In this document: positions 36,461-47,169 of the stretch, piece after piece
How the letters are laid out: each line of letters starts with the position of its first letter
Numbering within the stretch: the first letter of the stretch is position 1
From: Balamuthia mandrillaris
Taxonomy: Eukaryota
Length of the DNA stretch: 64,000 bases
Direction of reading: 5' to 3'
NCBI GenBank assembly: GCA_031835245.2
Contig: JAVKOQ020000047.1
Coordinates: forward strand, 186,001 to 250,000
Notes under the pieces: generated by a model
Told to the model about the DNA's origin: nothing
The model's input: only the letters and a program-made list of their open reading frames with translations
Database searches by the model: none
Program-made: the position numbers and the translations under genes

Positions 36461-37991
36461 TGATGATCAGAAGAGATTTTGTCGATGGTGGCACCATGGC
36501 GGTACGTGCAGCATACACCAAAAACGTGAAGGTGAAGGAAAGAAACTCAATGCGTTCGCCTTCATGCTCGTTGTTGCTTTTTTCGTGTAGGATGCTGCAA
36601 CAACAAAGCAGGTACCAACGGACGTGAACGACTTGTCCCTTGCTTTCTTGCGGCAAGTGTTGGAGTCACACTTTGGCCGTGACACGGCTCTGCTTCTTCG
36701 GTCGTTTTCCACGGAACGAGTGGGAGAGAAGGACGGCTTTCTCGGCGCTATCTATCGGGTAAGTCTCCACTGGGAGAAAGGGGTAACTCGTGGAGGCCTT
36801 CCAGACTCTCTTATTGCAAAGTTTGCTTTGGCGGACAGCTCTGGTGAGGTGTTTGAACAGTTTTTCAAGCCGCTACATATCTTTGAACGTGAAGCCAGCT
36901 TCTACTCCTCCTTTCTTCATGTTGCTTCTTCTTCTTCTTCTTCTTCTTCTTCTTCTTCTTCTTCTTCTTCTTCTTCTTCTTCTTCTTCTTCTTCTTCTTC
37001 TTCTTCTTCTTCTTCTTCTTCTTCTTCTTCTGCTTCTTGTTCTCCTTATTCTCCTTGTTCTTCTTCGTCGTCTTCTTCTTCGTCTGTTCACAAGAGTGAA
37101 GCGTTCAACGTCTTTCGCCGCTTTGCTCCTTGCTGCTACTGTGCGTTGTGGGACACTCCTTCTGGTCGTGGTGTTTTGTTGATGGAGGACATCAGAAGTG
37201 GCGCTCTTCGTTCCTTCCGACAAGGACTAGACATTCCCGCTACGAAACTTGCTCTTCGAGCCTTGGCCTCCTTGCACGCCTTGCATTGGTGTTCTCCTTC
37301 TCCTTCCGCTTCTACTTCCTCTCCTTCGTCTCCCTTTCCCTGGTTGTTGCTTCCTCACTCAGCCCCATTTCCAGAACTCATCTCTGGTTTGACACGAGAG
37401 TCTATTAAGAGCTTGAAATCAGCGCTAGGGCAGGAGAATACCAACAAAACGACAGTTCTTTCAGAGCAAACCTGGAAGAAGTTAGAACAGCTTGCAGAGG
37501 ATGTTCCAATCATCTTCGCAGAGAAGGTCGAGGAAGTAAAAGCCATCTGCCATGGCGACCTTTGGAGCAGCAACTTGCTTTGCTCTCTTGCTTCGTCTTT
37601 GGAGAGAGAAGAGCGGATCACATTGATAGACTTTCAGTTTGTGCAGTGGAGCAACCCAATGCAGGACGTGGCGTTCTTCCTCTACAGCAGCCTACCTTGC
37701 CACCTCCTAAACACTCAAGTTCAGGACCTGCTAGCTTTCTATCACGACCAGGTCAACAACTTTCTCGTTAGCGATGGCAAGCATAATTATGCATGGGAGG
37801 ATTGCCAGCGAGACTTTGAAAAGGCAAAAAGGAGGGCTCTTATCCAAGCGTTAGCTGGAGTTGACGTCTTTCTGATGGCGACGGCGACAGCATCTCCTGA
37901 ACAACTGGATGACGAACCTCAGTCTCTGCCCGAGCCGTTGTCGCGTATCTTCCACCTTATAGGCGATTTGGTTGCCACGGGTCAGCTTTAA
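36461..37991 (+). CDS. Ecdysteroid-kinase/choline-kinase-like (APH superfamily) small-molecule kinase
   Basis: GFLGAIYRV, FEREASFY, LLMEDI, LASLHA, ICHGDLWSSNL, LIDFQ and QDVAFFL. Poly-Ser insert; exact start uncertain. Confidence 0.85.
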
Positions 37992-38655
37992 AGAGCCAGC
38001 AGCATCTGCGTTCTCTCTCCTGAAGCCAGTAATGTTTTGTTTTGTCGTCAAAAACTCACACCCAGAAGAAGGAAAGACTTGCCTAAAACAAGACAAAGGC
38101 CACTATTCAACTTTAAGGTAGGGTGACTTTTTAATATCCGTTTTGATCAAAATAAGATGAAAAATTGGCATGTGCACCTTAATTTTAAGGTGAGCCGTCG
38201 TTTAAGGCTAATCGCCTTAAAAATCAGGAGGAAATGTTGCTGTAGCGAACACAAAAAAGAAAGTTAGGAAGGAACCTGAACCACTCTCGCTTTTTTTGTT
38301 GGTTTTGGTTTTCGTTTTAAGTAGTGGCGTTTGTTTTTGACTTCCTATACTTTCTCCCTTTGCCTTAAAAAACCGTTTAAAAAAAAAGCAACGCAAAAAA
38401 AAAACCAAAGGAGGAAGCCTAAGCGTTTCTTTTTGTTCCATGCTTTGTAGCGCATAACACTGATCGGTCGCTCTCCGTTCTTCTTTTTTTTTTCTGGTTG
38501 CAAAAAAAAAGAGTTTGCTTCAACCTCTATCTAATACTGCCAGTACCACCATCTATAATTTTTTTTGTGGAGCGGACAACAGCTTTCAGCAGCAGTAAAA
38601 CGTCTTCGAATTTTGAAGCGCCACAACCACCCCCCAGAGAACGAGCACTCCAGGC

Positions 38656-39516
38656 ATGAATGCACTGGCCCATCCGAACAGGTACCCCTGGACCCACCAC
38701 AGCAACCTTGGCGGCCGAGGCTCCACCAACTCGGCCCCTTCCACCCCTGGTGGCGCCTCTGGCCTGACCAAATCCTCCTCCACCTGCACAACCACCACCA
38801 GCCCTATCACCACCCATTTCCTGCAATTCAGGTCCTCCTCTTTTTCTTCTTCATCCCATTCCCTCCCTATGACCGCTTCCTCCGCTACTGCAACAACTAC
38901 CCCTTTGGCAGTGGACCTCGGCCATGCGCGGGCCATGGAAAGACGACAAGCGCGGGCACACTCCCGTTGCATCCCTTCCTCTGCTGCTTCCCAAGCCCAC
39001 AACGGCAACAACTGCACGGGTTGCACGGCGGGGGAGGTTCGGCGGCAGTACCGTTCCCTTCCCACCTCCCCGCCGCAACGCGACAGCAACAACTCCAACC
39101 AATGTACTCCTGTAAAGCAGCCTCCCACCAGAGAGGAACTGTTTGCCCGGTTGCAACAGCAAGCCGACCACCAGCAACAACAGCAGCAGCAGCAACAGCA
39201 CCTTCATCTTCACAACACCTCAACTGCCACAACGGCTCAGCTGCTTACAAGTTTGGCCCAACAGGCGCAGCGCAACAGAGACCTGCTTTTAGCGGGTGGT
39301 GGCGACGTCGTGGACAACAGCGTAGAAGGGAGTGGAAGCAGCAGCAGTGGAGGTGGTGGCAGCAAACAGTTGGACCAACCACCGCCCTTCAAGACCCGTC
39401 GCTTGCATCACTCGCCGACACAGGATCGAAGGAAGAGCCGCAAGACCAACCTGGCCTACGTGCTCAACAGCGAACATTCAGAAAGCGCCAACGCCAGCCA
39501 GATGATGCGAGAATAG
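38656..39516 (+). CDS. Low-complexity hypothetical protein (S/T/Q-rich)
   Basis: 286 aa ORF with a polyQ stretch and C-terminal RRKSRKTNLAYVLN; exon structure uncertain. Confidence 0.45.
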   Translation: MNALAHPNRYPWTHHSNLGGRGSTNSAPSTPGGASGLTKSSSTCTTTTSPITTHFLQFRSSSFSSSSHSLPMTASSATATTTPLAVDLGHARAMERRQARAHSRCIPSSAASQAHNGNNCTGCTAGEVRRQYRSLPTSPPQRDSNNSNQCTPVKQPPTREELFARLQQQADHQQQQQQQQQHLHLHNTSTATTAQLLTSLAQQAQRNRDLLLAGGGDVVDNSVEGSGSSSSGGGGSKQLDQPPPFKTRRLHHSPTQDRRKSRKTNLAYVLNSEHSESANASQMMRE

Positions 39517-39960
39517 CGGTGGCGGCATGCAAGATGAAGGTGATGACGAGGATAATGGCGGTAGAGGACGGAGGGGAGGACGAGGAGGTGGAAGAGGTAG
39601 AGCAACAACATCAAGGGCAGAGGGAGAAGAAGGAGGAGAACGCAAGAAACAGAGCACGCACGAAAGGATGGGAGACGATACCCTTTTTTTGTCCATTTTT
39701 CCGATAGCATTATTGTAATTATTTAGTCATTTTCTTGAACTTATCATCAATTTCACAATTTTTGGACATTTCAACAATAATTGTACACAATCGGGCGAAC
39801 CATTTGTATTCAAATTATGTCCACAGCAACGTCGTTGTGCGCTATGACCATGAGAGGACGAAAGTTTCCGCGGTGGAGGGCATTATCGTTTCTATTGTTT
39901 CAAAATTATCTTCAAGAAAAAAAACGACCCTAAAATTATCGTAATAAACTAAACAGACGG

Positions 39961-41817
39961 ATGGAAGAAAGGCCAGAGCAAGGCGAGAGCATTTACAACG
40001 ACCACCCTTGGTTCTTCTACCAAGACAAGAAAACTGGGCGCGCGACTGGCACAAGGTTTGTTTTTGACATGTCTCTTCACTGAATATTTATCAACTTTAA
40101 AAAAAAACATCGACAGTTTTCCTCCTGTCTATCTTTTCATCTTGGAGAACAACCCAAACGAAAGCACCGTTCCTTCTTCTTCTTCTTCGGATGCGCCTAC
40201 CAACAACAACAAAAACAACATAGCCAATGTCTTGTATCGCAAAGGCCGAGTGGTGCGCTGCACCCGCAGTCTTCCCAATGAAGGAGATCCTCTTCTTAGC
40301 TTTGCCTGTTTTGCTTTCCTAGCCTCACCCTCCGATGCCTCTTTTGCCGAGCAACAAACTCTGAAAGGAGTGGAAGAGGTGGTGACGGTGCGGTGGAAGC
40401 TTCTCGTCAAGGAACGCTGTCCCAAGATCTTGCAAACTGTGTTTAGTCAGTACCGTATCAAGGCAGACGGCTCTCACATTATCCCTATCGCTAGTACGTT
40501 TGCTTTTGTTTTTCGTTTTCACGCTTCTTTCTTGTTGTTTCATTTTGTTTCTGGTTTTGTTTTTGGTTGACGCTCTTCTTCTTCTTGTTCTTCTTCTTGT
40601 TCTTCTTCTTCTTCTTGTTCTTCTTCTTGTTCTTCTTCTTCCTCTTCTTCCTCTTCTTCTTGTTCTTGTTCTTCTTCTTCTTTTTCTTCTTCTTCTTCTT
40701 CGTCTTCTTCTTCTTCGTCTTCTTCTTGTTCTTCTGCTTGTTCTTGTTCTTCCTCTTCTTCTTCTTCTTCTTCTTCTTCTTCTTCTTCTTCTTCTGCTTC
40801 TTCTTCTTGTTCTTCTTGTTCTTCTTCTTCTATTCTTGCGATAGAGTCGATACAAATGTACTTTGACAAGTCGTTGGTGGACGTCTCTTTGGAGCACGAA
40901 CGAGAAAGAGCCCTGCAAGCCATTCTTCCACACGAGAGCGAGGGCTCACACGGCATTACTCGTAGTGCTTCTTCCGACGATATTGTCTCAGCCAACGGAA
41001 CGACAACTCCAACGATGCCGTCTTCTTCATCATCCTCTTCAAGCGGTCGTCGGTTGCTGTCTTTCTCTCTTTCTTCTCCGCTGTCATTTTCTTCTTCGAC
41101 GCCATCTTCCAACAACAGCAACATCAACAATTCTGGTGCTGGTGAATATAATGTGGAATACTTGTTAACAGATAACCAACGATTGAAGCGAGAAAGGGTA
41201 CGCCCTTGCTTTCCTTTCTTGGAGTTTCTTTATTTCTTTCCTTACTTCCTTCTCTATTATAGGATGAAATAGAATTCCAATGGAACAATCTCAACAAAGC
41301 ACTTGAAGGTTTGCAAGTGGAAGAAGAGCTGAAACGAAGTTACTTGGAAGAGTCCAATGAAGTGTTGCGGCGGGATCTCAGAGAAGCCCGACAAACCAGT
41401 GAAGTCCTGAAAACTCAACTTTGTCTCAACCACGAGCAACAAGAGCTTCTCAAAGCTGAACTCACCGAAATGCAACAACGATTGAACGACTTCAGAGTGT
41501 TAATAGACAAAACAGAAAAGAAGTTGGAGCAAGAAGAAGAAACCGCAAAACGAGTCATGCTGCAAAACATTCAACTGGCGAAGCGCGTGCGAGAGATGGA
41601 AGAGGAGGAACGTGCTTTTCAGCGGTGGACTCACGGAAGAGACTTAGAAACGGGTTCTTCTTCTTCACCTTCGCCACTGCATCATCGATGGTTGCATGAA
41701 CGCATTTGGGAGGGATTGAAGAGATTGGGAGAGCGCAAAGTGATGGTGGTCACTGTGTTCGTGGTGCTCTTTCTTGGTGTCTTTCTCACTCGCCATCTCT
41801 CCGGAAACCAAAGTTAG
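39961..41817 (+). CDS. Spliced hypothetical protein with coiled coil and C-terminal transmembrane anchor
   Basis: MEERPEQGESIYNDHPWFFY/FPPVYLFIL.../SIQMYFDK..., long coiled coil, terminal TM VMVVTVFVVLFLGVFL. Confidence 0.65.
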
Positions 41818-42339
41818 CCTGGCGTATACACCAAAAAATGAAATACAATACAAATAAAATAATGGAAGGACGTGAGCAAGGCTATGAGCGAGGACAGTTC
41901 CATGCCGCTGAAAGGCCTTTTTCCTCAAAATTTCCCGGACCACCAAAAAAAGTATTTATTGTCGACGATACTAGGATCGATGAGGATCTGAAATTGTCGA
42001 ATAGGTTGAATAGTACTAATCGATGGCCTAATAGAGGAGATTTTATCCGCCGAAGAAATATCGAGAAAAAGGGGTTCTTGTTTTGTTCCTCGTGTATTAA
42101 GAGCGTAGCGCTAGTAAAGCCCCTCTCCCCATTTCAGTTCACTGCCGCCCCCCAAGTGAAAGCAACAGTTTGTTGTTGTGTTGGAAAAGTGCGTGTCTTT
42201 GTGGACTGAGAATTTTCAATTTCTCCTTCTCTCCATTCACCACTTTTCGCTTCCCCAAACAAACGAGAGATTTCACTGACACTCTACTTTTCACATCAGA
42301 TTTGCTCTTTCTTTTTTTTTTTCGCTAAAGAAAGGGTAG

Positions 42340-43894
42340 ATGGCTGGCGTGCGAGCGAGACTGCTCTCCATCAGTCGCTCCAAATCGCCGTTTTATGATG
42401 TGGATGAAAGGGAGACGGGCTTCAACGAGCGGGACGAGCAGCAGCTGAGAATGTTTTCCTCAGCTGCTGCTCCTTCAAAGGCGGATGGTTCTGCCTCTGA
42501 AACCGCACCCCTGCTGCCTCACCCAAAGCGCTGGAAGAACCTTGGCACGCAGTCAGTCTCCCCTAGCTTCGCTCTTCTCACTCTCTCACTCTCTCCACCT
42601 TCCTCACCGCTATATTTGCTTCTCCTGCCGCGTTGTCTGTGTTCTCACGCGCTAAAATGTTACAACAAACCCATAGAGAGTTTATGCAGTATTACGACAG
42701 AACAAGATCTCGTCGCATGTTCTTCCGTGCTGTTCTCTTCCGTGACATCGCTATCTTTATAAACGTGCTTATCGGTTTAGGCTTAATGTTCTGCCTGGTG
42801 AGTACTTGTTTTGATTCTTGCGTTGTTATTGTTCTTCCTCCTTACTTTCTGTGTTACCTTCAAACAGTTGGAGTTGGATCACCGACACCACGTGATGGTG
42901 AACAACTCTCGTGCAGCGAAAGGCATAGAGATCGCACTCAGCGTGTCCACTTTTATACTGATTGTGCAAACCTTGGAGTATCACAGGCTGATCCTTCACA
43001 CAAAGATACGCGAGTTGAAAAGAGCAAAAAACAAGAAGATAAAGAAAAAGAGCTATATTCCTATCATCAAGAAGAAAGCGCCCATATGGTGGACTGTGTG
43101 GGTCAATTCTTCTCTTCGTTATAAGGTTTATTTCTTTCTTATTCGTTATCTGCGTATTTTCTTTCTTGCTTACTTACTATGACTTGTTTTTCTTCATTTC
43201 TTTCGCCCGAGCTTATTCTTTCTGTTCATTCGTTTTTGACTCAATTTTATTTTCAGATTTTTATAGAATTGATCTTCATCATTCCGCATCCGATTCTCGG
43301 GTTTCCTATTTGGCTTATCAAGTTTACTTCGATCTACATGTTTCTGCGCCTTTATGTCGTTTGCAGAATTGCTCGAGATCTGAATCCCATGTGGAGAAAT
43401 GCTGCCTTAATACGAAGAATTCCTGGGTACCTTTTCTTCCTTCTAGCCTTTTTTGTTGTTCTCTTAGGCTTCCTTCTTTCTTTTTATTCTTATTTGTTCT
43501 CCTTTTCATCCATCTTTTCTTCTTTCTTAAATTTTCTTGTATGCTCCTATTCGTTCCTATGGGCACACCACATAAAAAAAGATACTCAACATCACCAGTG
43601 CCAAACGTAACCACAATGCGTAGTCTCGTCATCTACTTCTACCAATACCCGATATTGATAACTCTTATTACTGGCGCTCTGATATGTATGTGGAGTGGCT
43701 ACGGGATTTATGTTTATGAAAGGTTAAAAAAAACCAACCCTTTTGTTGAATCCAACAAAACGTTTACTGAACCTCTTCTCTTATAGGGACTATTCGGATA
43801 CTTGCGACTACAAGACAGCACTTTTCGTAAGTATCTTGTCTTGTATTTTTTTTTTGCATCTCGTTTGTTTCATATTCTTTTCTGTCATTTAACA

Positions 43895-43933
<39 letters not shown>

Positions 43934-44936
43934 CCTCCGCTTATGCCAATAGTTGGCAACTACATCTATGTTGACAGCGTGGCCAGCGGACGTCTTTGGA
44001 ATCTACACTCCCGGCACTGCTGGTGGACGTTCCCTTGCCATAGTGCGTCCTTTCTCCTTTCTCCTTCTCTCTCCCTCTTATTAATCTCACAATTTTACAA
44101 AAGATTGCGAGTGTGTTAGGCTTGTTTGTTTTTGCTTTTCTGGTGGATCACTTTCATTCCAACCTTCGTCCATCGCAATTTGAGGTGGGGGTTGTGGACT
44201 GGGTCGAGAGACTGAAGTTGGAGGATCAGGAAAGGGTGGAGGCTGCAAAACTTGTACAAATGGTGTGGCGGCGGTATCTTCAGATGAAGCGCAAGGGCAA
44301 AACGTTCTTTTGGAAGAAGAGCTTTCGTGTGGACTTCAACAAGCAAGTCGCTTTGTTGCGTCACATTCGAGCGTTCGTATATTTCCTTCTTGCTTTCTCT
44401 CCTCTCTTCGCCGTTTATGAGTATGGCTAAACTTTATTATTATGCTTTTTGTTCTTTATAACACAACCAATAACTACAGTGAGAAAATGGCTCTTATTTT
44501 GAGAACAGGAGTCAACATTCACAGCTTAGAGGAGCAGAACTATGAAAAGGCAAAACAAAAGAAGTCTCGGAAAAAGTTGAAGAAAAAGCTGATCGGCTCT
44601 TTGTCCTCTCCAAATTGTTTGTCCTTGCCTCATTTTCATTTTCTTGAAGTTGCTGACTTTCTTTGAAACACAAAAATAGCAACGACAGGAACCTCATCTA
44701 CAGCTTCACGAGGCGAAAAAGCCAAAGAGTTGGCATCTCCTCCTTGTTCTCCTGCCGTTCGTCCTTATGGTGAAGCAGCAACTTTAACGGGAGATTCAGC
44801 CACAAAAGCCTATATTGATGAGGCGGTTGCCAAAATGCAGCACGAGCTTTTGAGACAGGTAGCCGTTCTTCTGGAGCGACAAAAGCAAGAACTCATGCAA
44901 CATTTCAAGTCAGAAGATGTGGGAAGAGGCATTTGA
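42340..44936 (+). CDS. Six-TM cation channel, SK/KCNN-like, with atypical pore loop
   Basis: S1-S6 pattern with EYHRL, IELIFIIPHP, YMFLRLYVVCR and S5 ending YVYER; pore exon LATTSMLTAWPADVFGIYTPGTAGGR; S6 IASVLGLFVFAFLV; IQ-like AAKLVQMVWRRY. Confidence 0.8.
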
Positions 44937-45382
44937 AGGAAAAAAAAACATTCTGTCCGTATGTTGTAAGTATTTATTTTTTGATTTTGGTGGGTTCAAC
45001 CTGTTTTTTTCCCTTCTCTCTCTCTCTCTCTCTCACTCTCACTCTCTTTCCCTTTTCTTTTTGTATTCCAACACTCAACTACACAACCACACAAACATGA
45101 ACTTGATCCACGCCGTCTACCCTGAACTTACGCTTGTTTGTCGACACTAAATTTCCTCGCCAAATGAAATCTGCGCAAAGCAAAAAAAGGGACAAAAGAT
45201 TTCATTAACAGAAATGAAATTAACGGCGGAGCATTCCGGCAAATAGGTGGTTTGGGACGACCCGATGGAAAAGGCGTTGGCATTGGTTTTTTTTCTGTTT
45301 CTCTCTTCGCTACTACGTTTTTTTTTAGAATAATAGGCAAACCAACACAACCAGCAAACAAACAAAAAAACGTAGCAGGAAG

Positions 45383-46953
45383 ATGAAAGACAAGGACCAA
45401 CAGGTAGCCCAACCGTTTGCGCTGTTAGAAGAGCACGAAGCGGAGGAGGACATCGAAGACCAGCAATCATCCTGGAGGGGACGCACAGAAGAGCCCACCC
45501 AACCAGCTAGCCTTCGTTCCACTTCGAGCCGTTTTGGGTCCTTCCTCTTTTTGAGCCTCTGCATCACCACTACATTTTTTGTCGCGACTGCTTTGGTTTT
45601 TTATCTTTCGTCTGCATCCTCTTCCTCCTCCTCTCTTCCTCCTTTGGAGCAAGGAGCAGCTCCCGTCTACTTGGCCGTGGTCGGAGACTATGGCCGCCAA
45701 GGTGAATACAACCAACACGCAGTGGCCCAACAGATGTCTCGTGCCTGTCTCGAGAGGACCGTTCGACATGACCAACACTCCCCTATGGCTCTCAACGTTA
45801 CCTCAGGTGGTCGCTGTGATGCCCTCGTGGGAACAGGGGATAATTTCTACAGCAACGGAATAACCTCTTTGCAAGACCCTCACCTCAACGTAAGCTTCGA
45901 GCATGTCTACACCCTTCCTGGGCTAATGGCCACGCCCTTCTACCAGCTCAATGGAAACCACGACTATCGAGGCAGGCCAGACCTGGAGATAGAGTACACC
46001 AAACAAAGCAAAGACGGTAGCTGGCAGATGCCTGACTATTTCTATGAAATAGTGCTGGAGGCGCCTTCACCAAAACAGGAAGAAGAGAGAGATGAAAATG
46101 CAGACGAAGAGCTTTACTTGACTCGAATTCATTTGATTTTCATCGATACGACACCTTTTCACGCCAAGTATGGGGAGGAGGATGATATCAACCACGAAAT
46201 ATGGGAGGAAAGAAGGAAGCACAACCAGGAGCAAGTACAGTGGGTTCAACAGCAGGTTTGTCTACCTGTTCTGTAGTTATTGTTGTTTGTTCCTGTTCCT
46301 GTTGCTTTGCCTTTTCCCTGCATTTCTATCTTTATTTTTGTTTCCCTTTTGCCATTGGTTTTCTTCTCTTTTTACTTCTTTTTTTTTTTTTTGCTTTCTT
46401 ATTTCTTTGTTGTTTGCCCACACCTCTTGGGTTATTATTTTTTCTCTTTTCTCTTTGCTAACATTCTCCATTCGCCCAATTACAGCTCCAAAAATACAAG
46501 TTACGTAGCGATGTAGTGCCAGAAGATAATGCCACCACACGAGCTGAGGCGGTGGACTACCGTATCGTGGTGGGGCACCACCCGCTCTACTCCTACGCGA
46601 GGCACGGCAATTCGCAGGAGATGATAGATACCTTTGAGGATATCTTTCTGGAAGGCAAAGTGTTCGCCTACTTGTGCGGCCACGACCACAACCTGCAGCA
46701 CATTCAACGCTCCGGTCAACCGTTGCATCACTTGCTGTCAGGAGCGGGCTCTGAGGTGCGGCCCGTCAACAAGAAGGGATGGTTCGACCATTCCCTGCAA
46801 CGGTCGTACGCCCAATCCTCCTTCATGTTTTTGCGGTTTGATGCCAGCAACGTTCATGTGCAGTGGATCAATCACGAAGGAGATACCGTGGAAACGTTCT
46901 CCCTGCCAAATCCGTACCCTACCCCCACCGCCACCAACCACAACAGCCGATAA
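45383..46953 (+). CDS. Purple/tartrate-resistant acid phosphatase (ACP5-like metallophosphoesterase), type II membrane-anchored
   Basis: GDYG, GDNFY, GNHDY, VGHHP, CGHDHNLQ and SGAG motifs; N-terminal TM. Confidence 0.93.
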
Positions 46954-47169
46954 GCAAGCAACTGGAAGATCCACGTGTACATTTTGAGTTGAAGACCGAA
47001 GAAACCGTGACGACGTGAAAAAGGTCAGTAACGGAAAAGCCGCCAAGTCGACAAGAAACATGTTCGCATCCGTCGACAACAAATGAATAAAATGAAATAA
47101 CGAACAAAAAAAAGTAGTGAAGAAGAAACACAAAAAAGAAAGGGGCGGTGGGGGCTCAAGTTGGCCCGA

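Noticed and set aside
40325..41130. Poly-Arg, poly-Glu, poly-Leu and poly-Phe ORFs
   Set aside because: Translations of an intronic (TCT)n microsatellite; the same applies at about 13100, 23730, 27890 and 47580.
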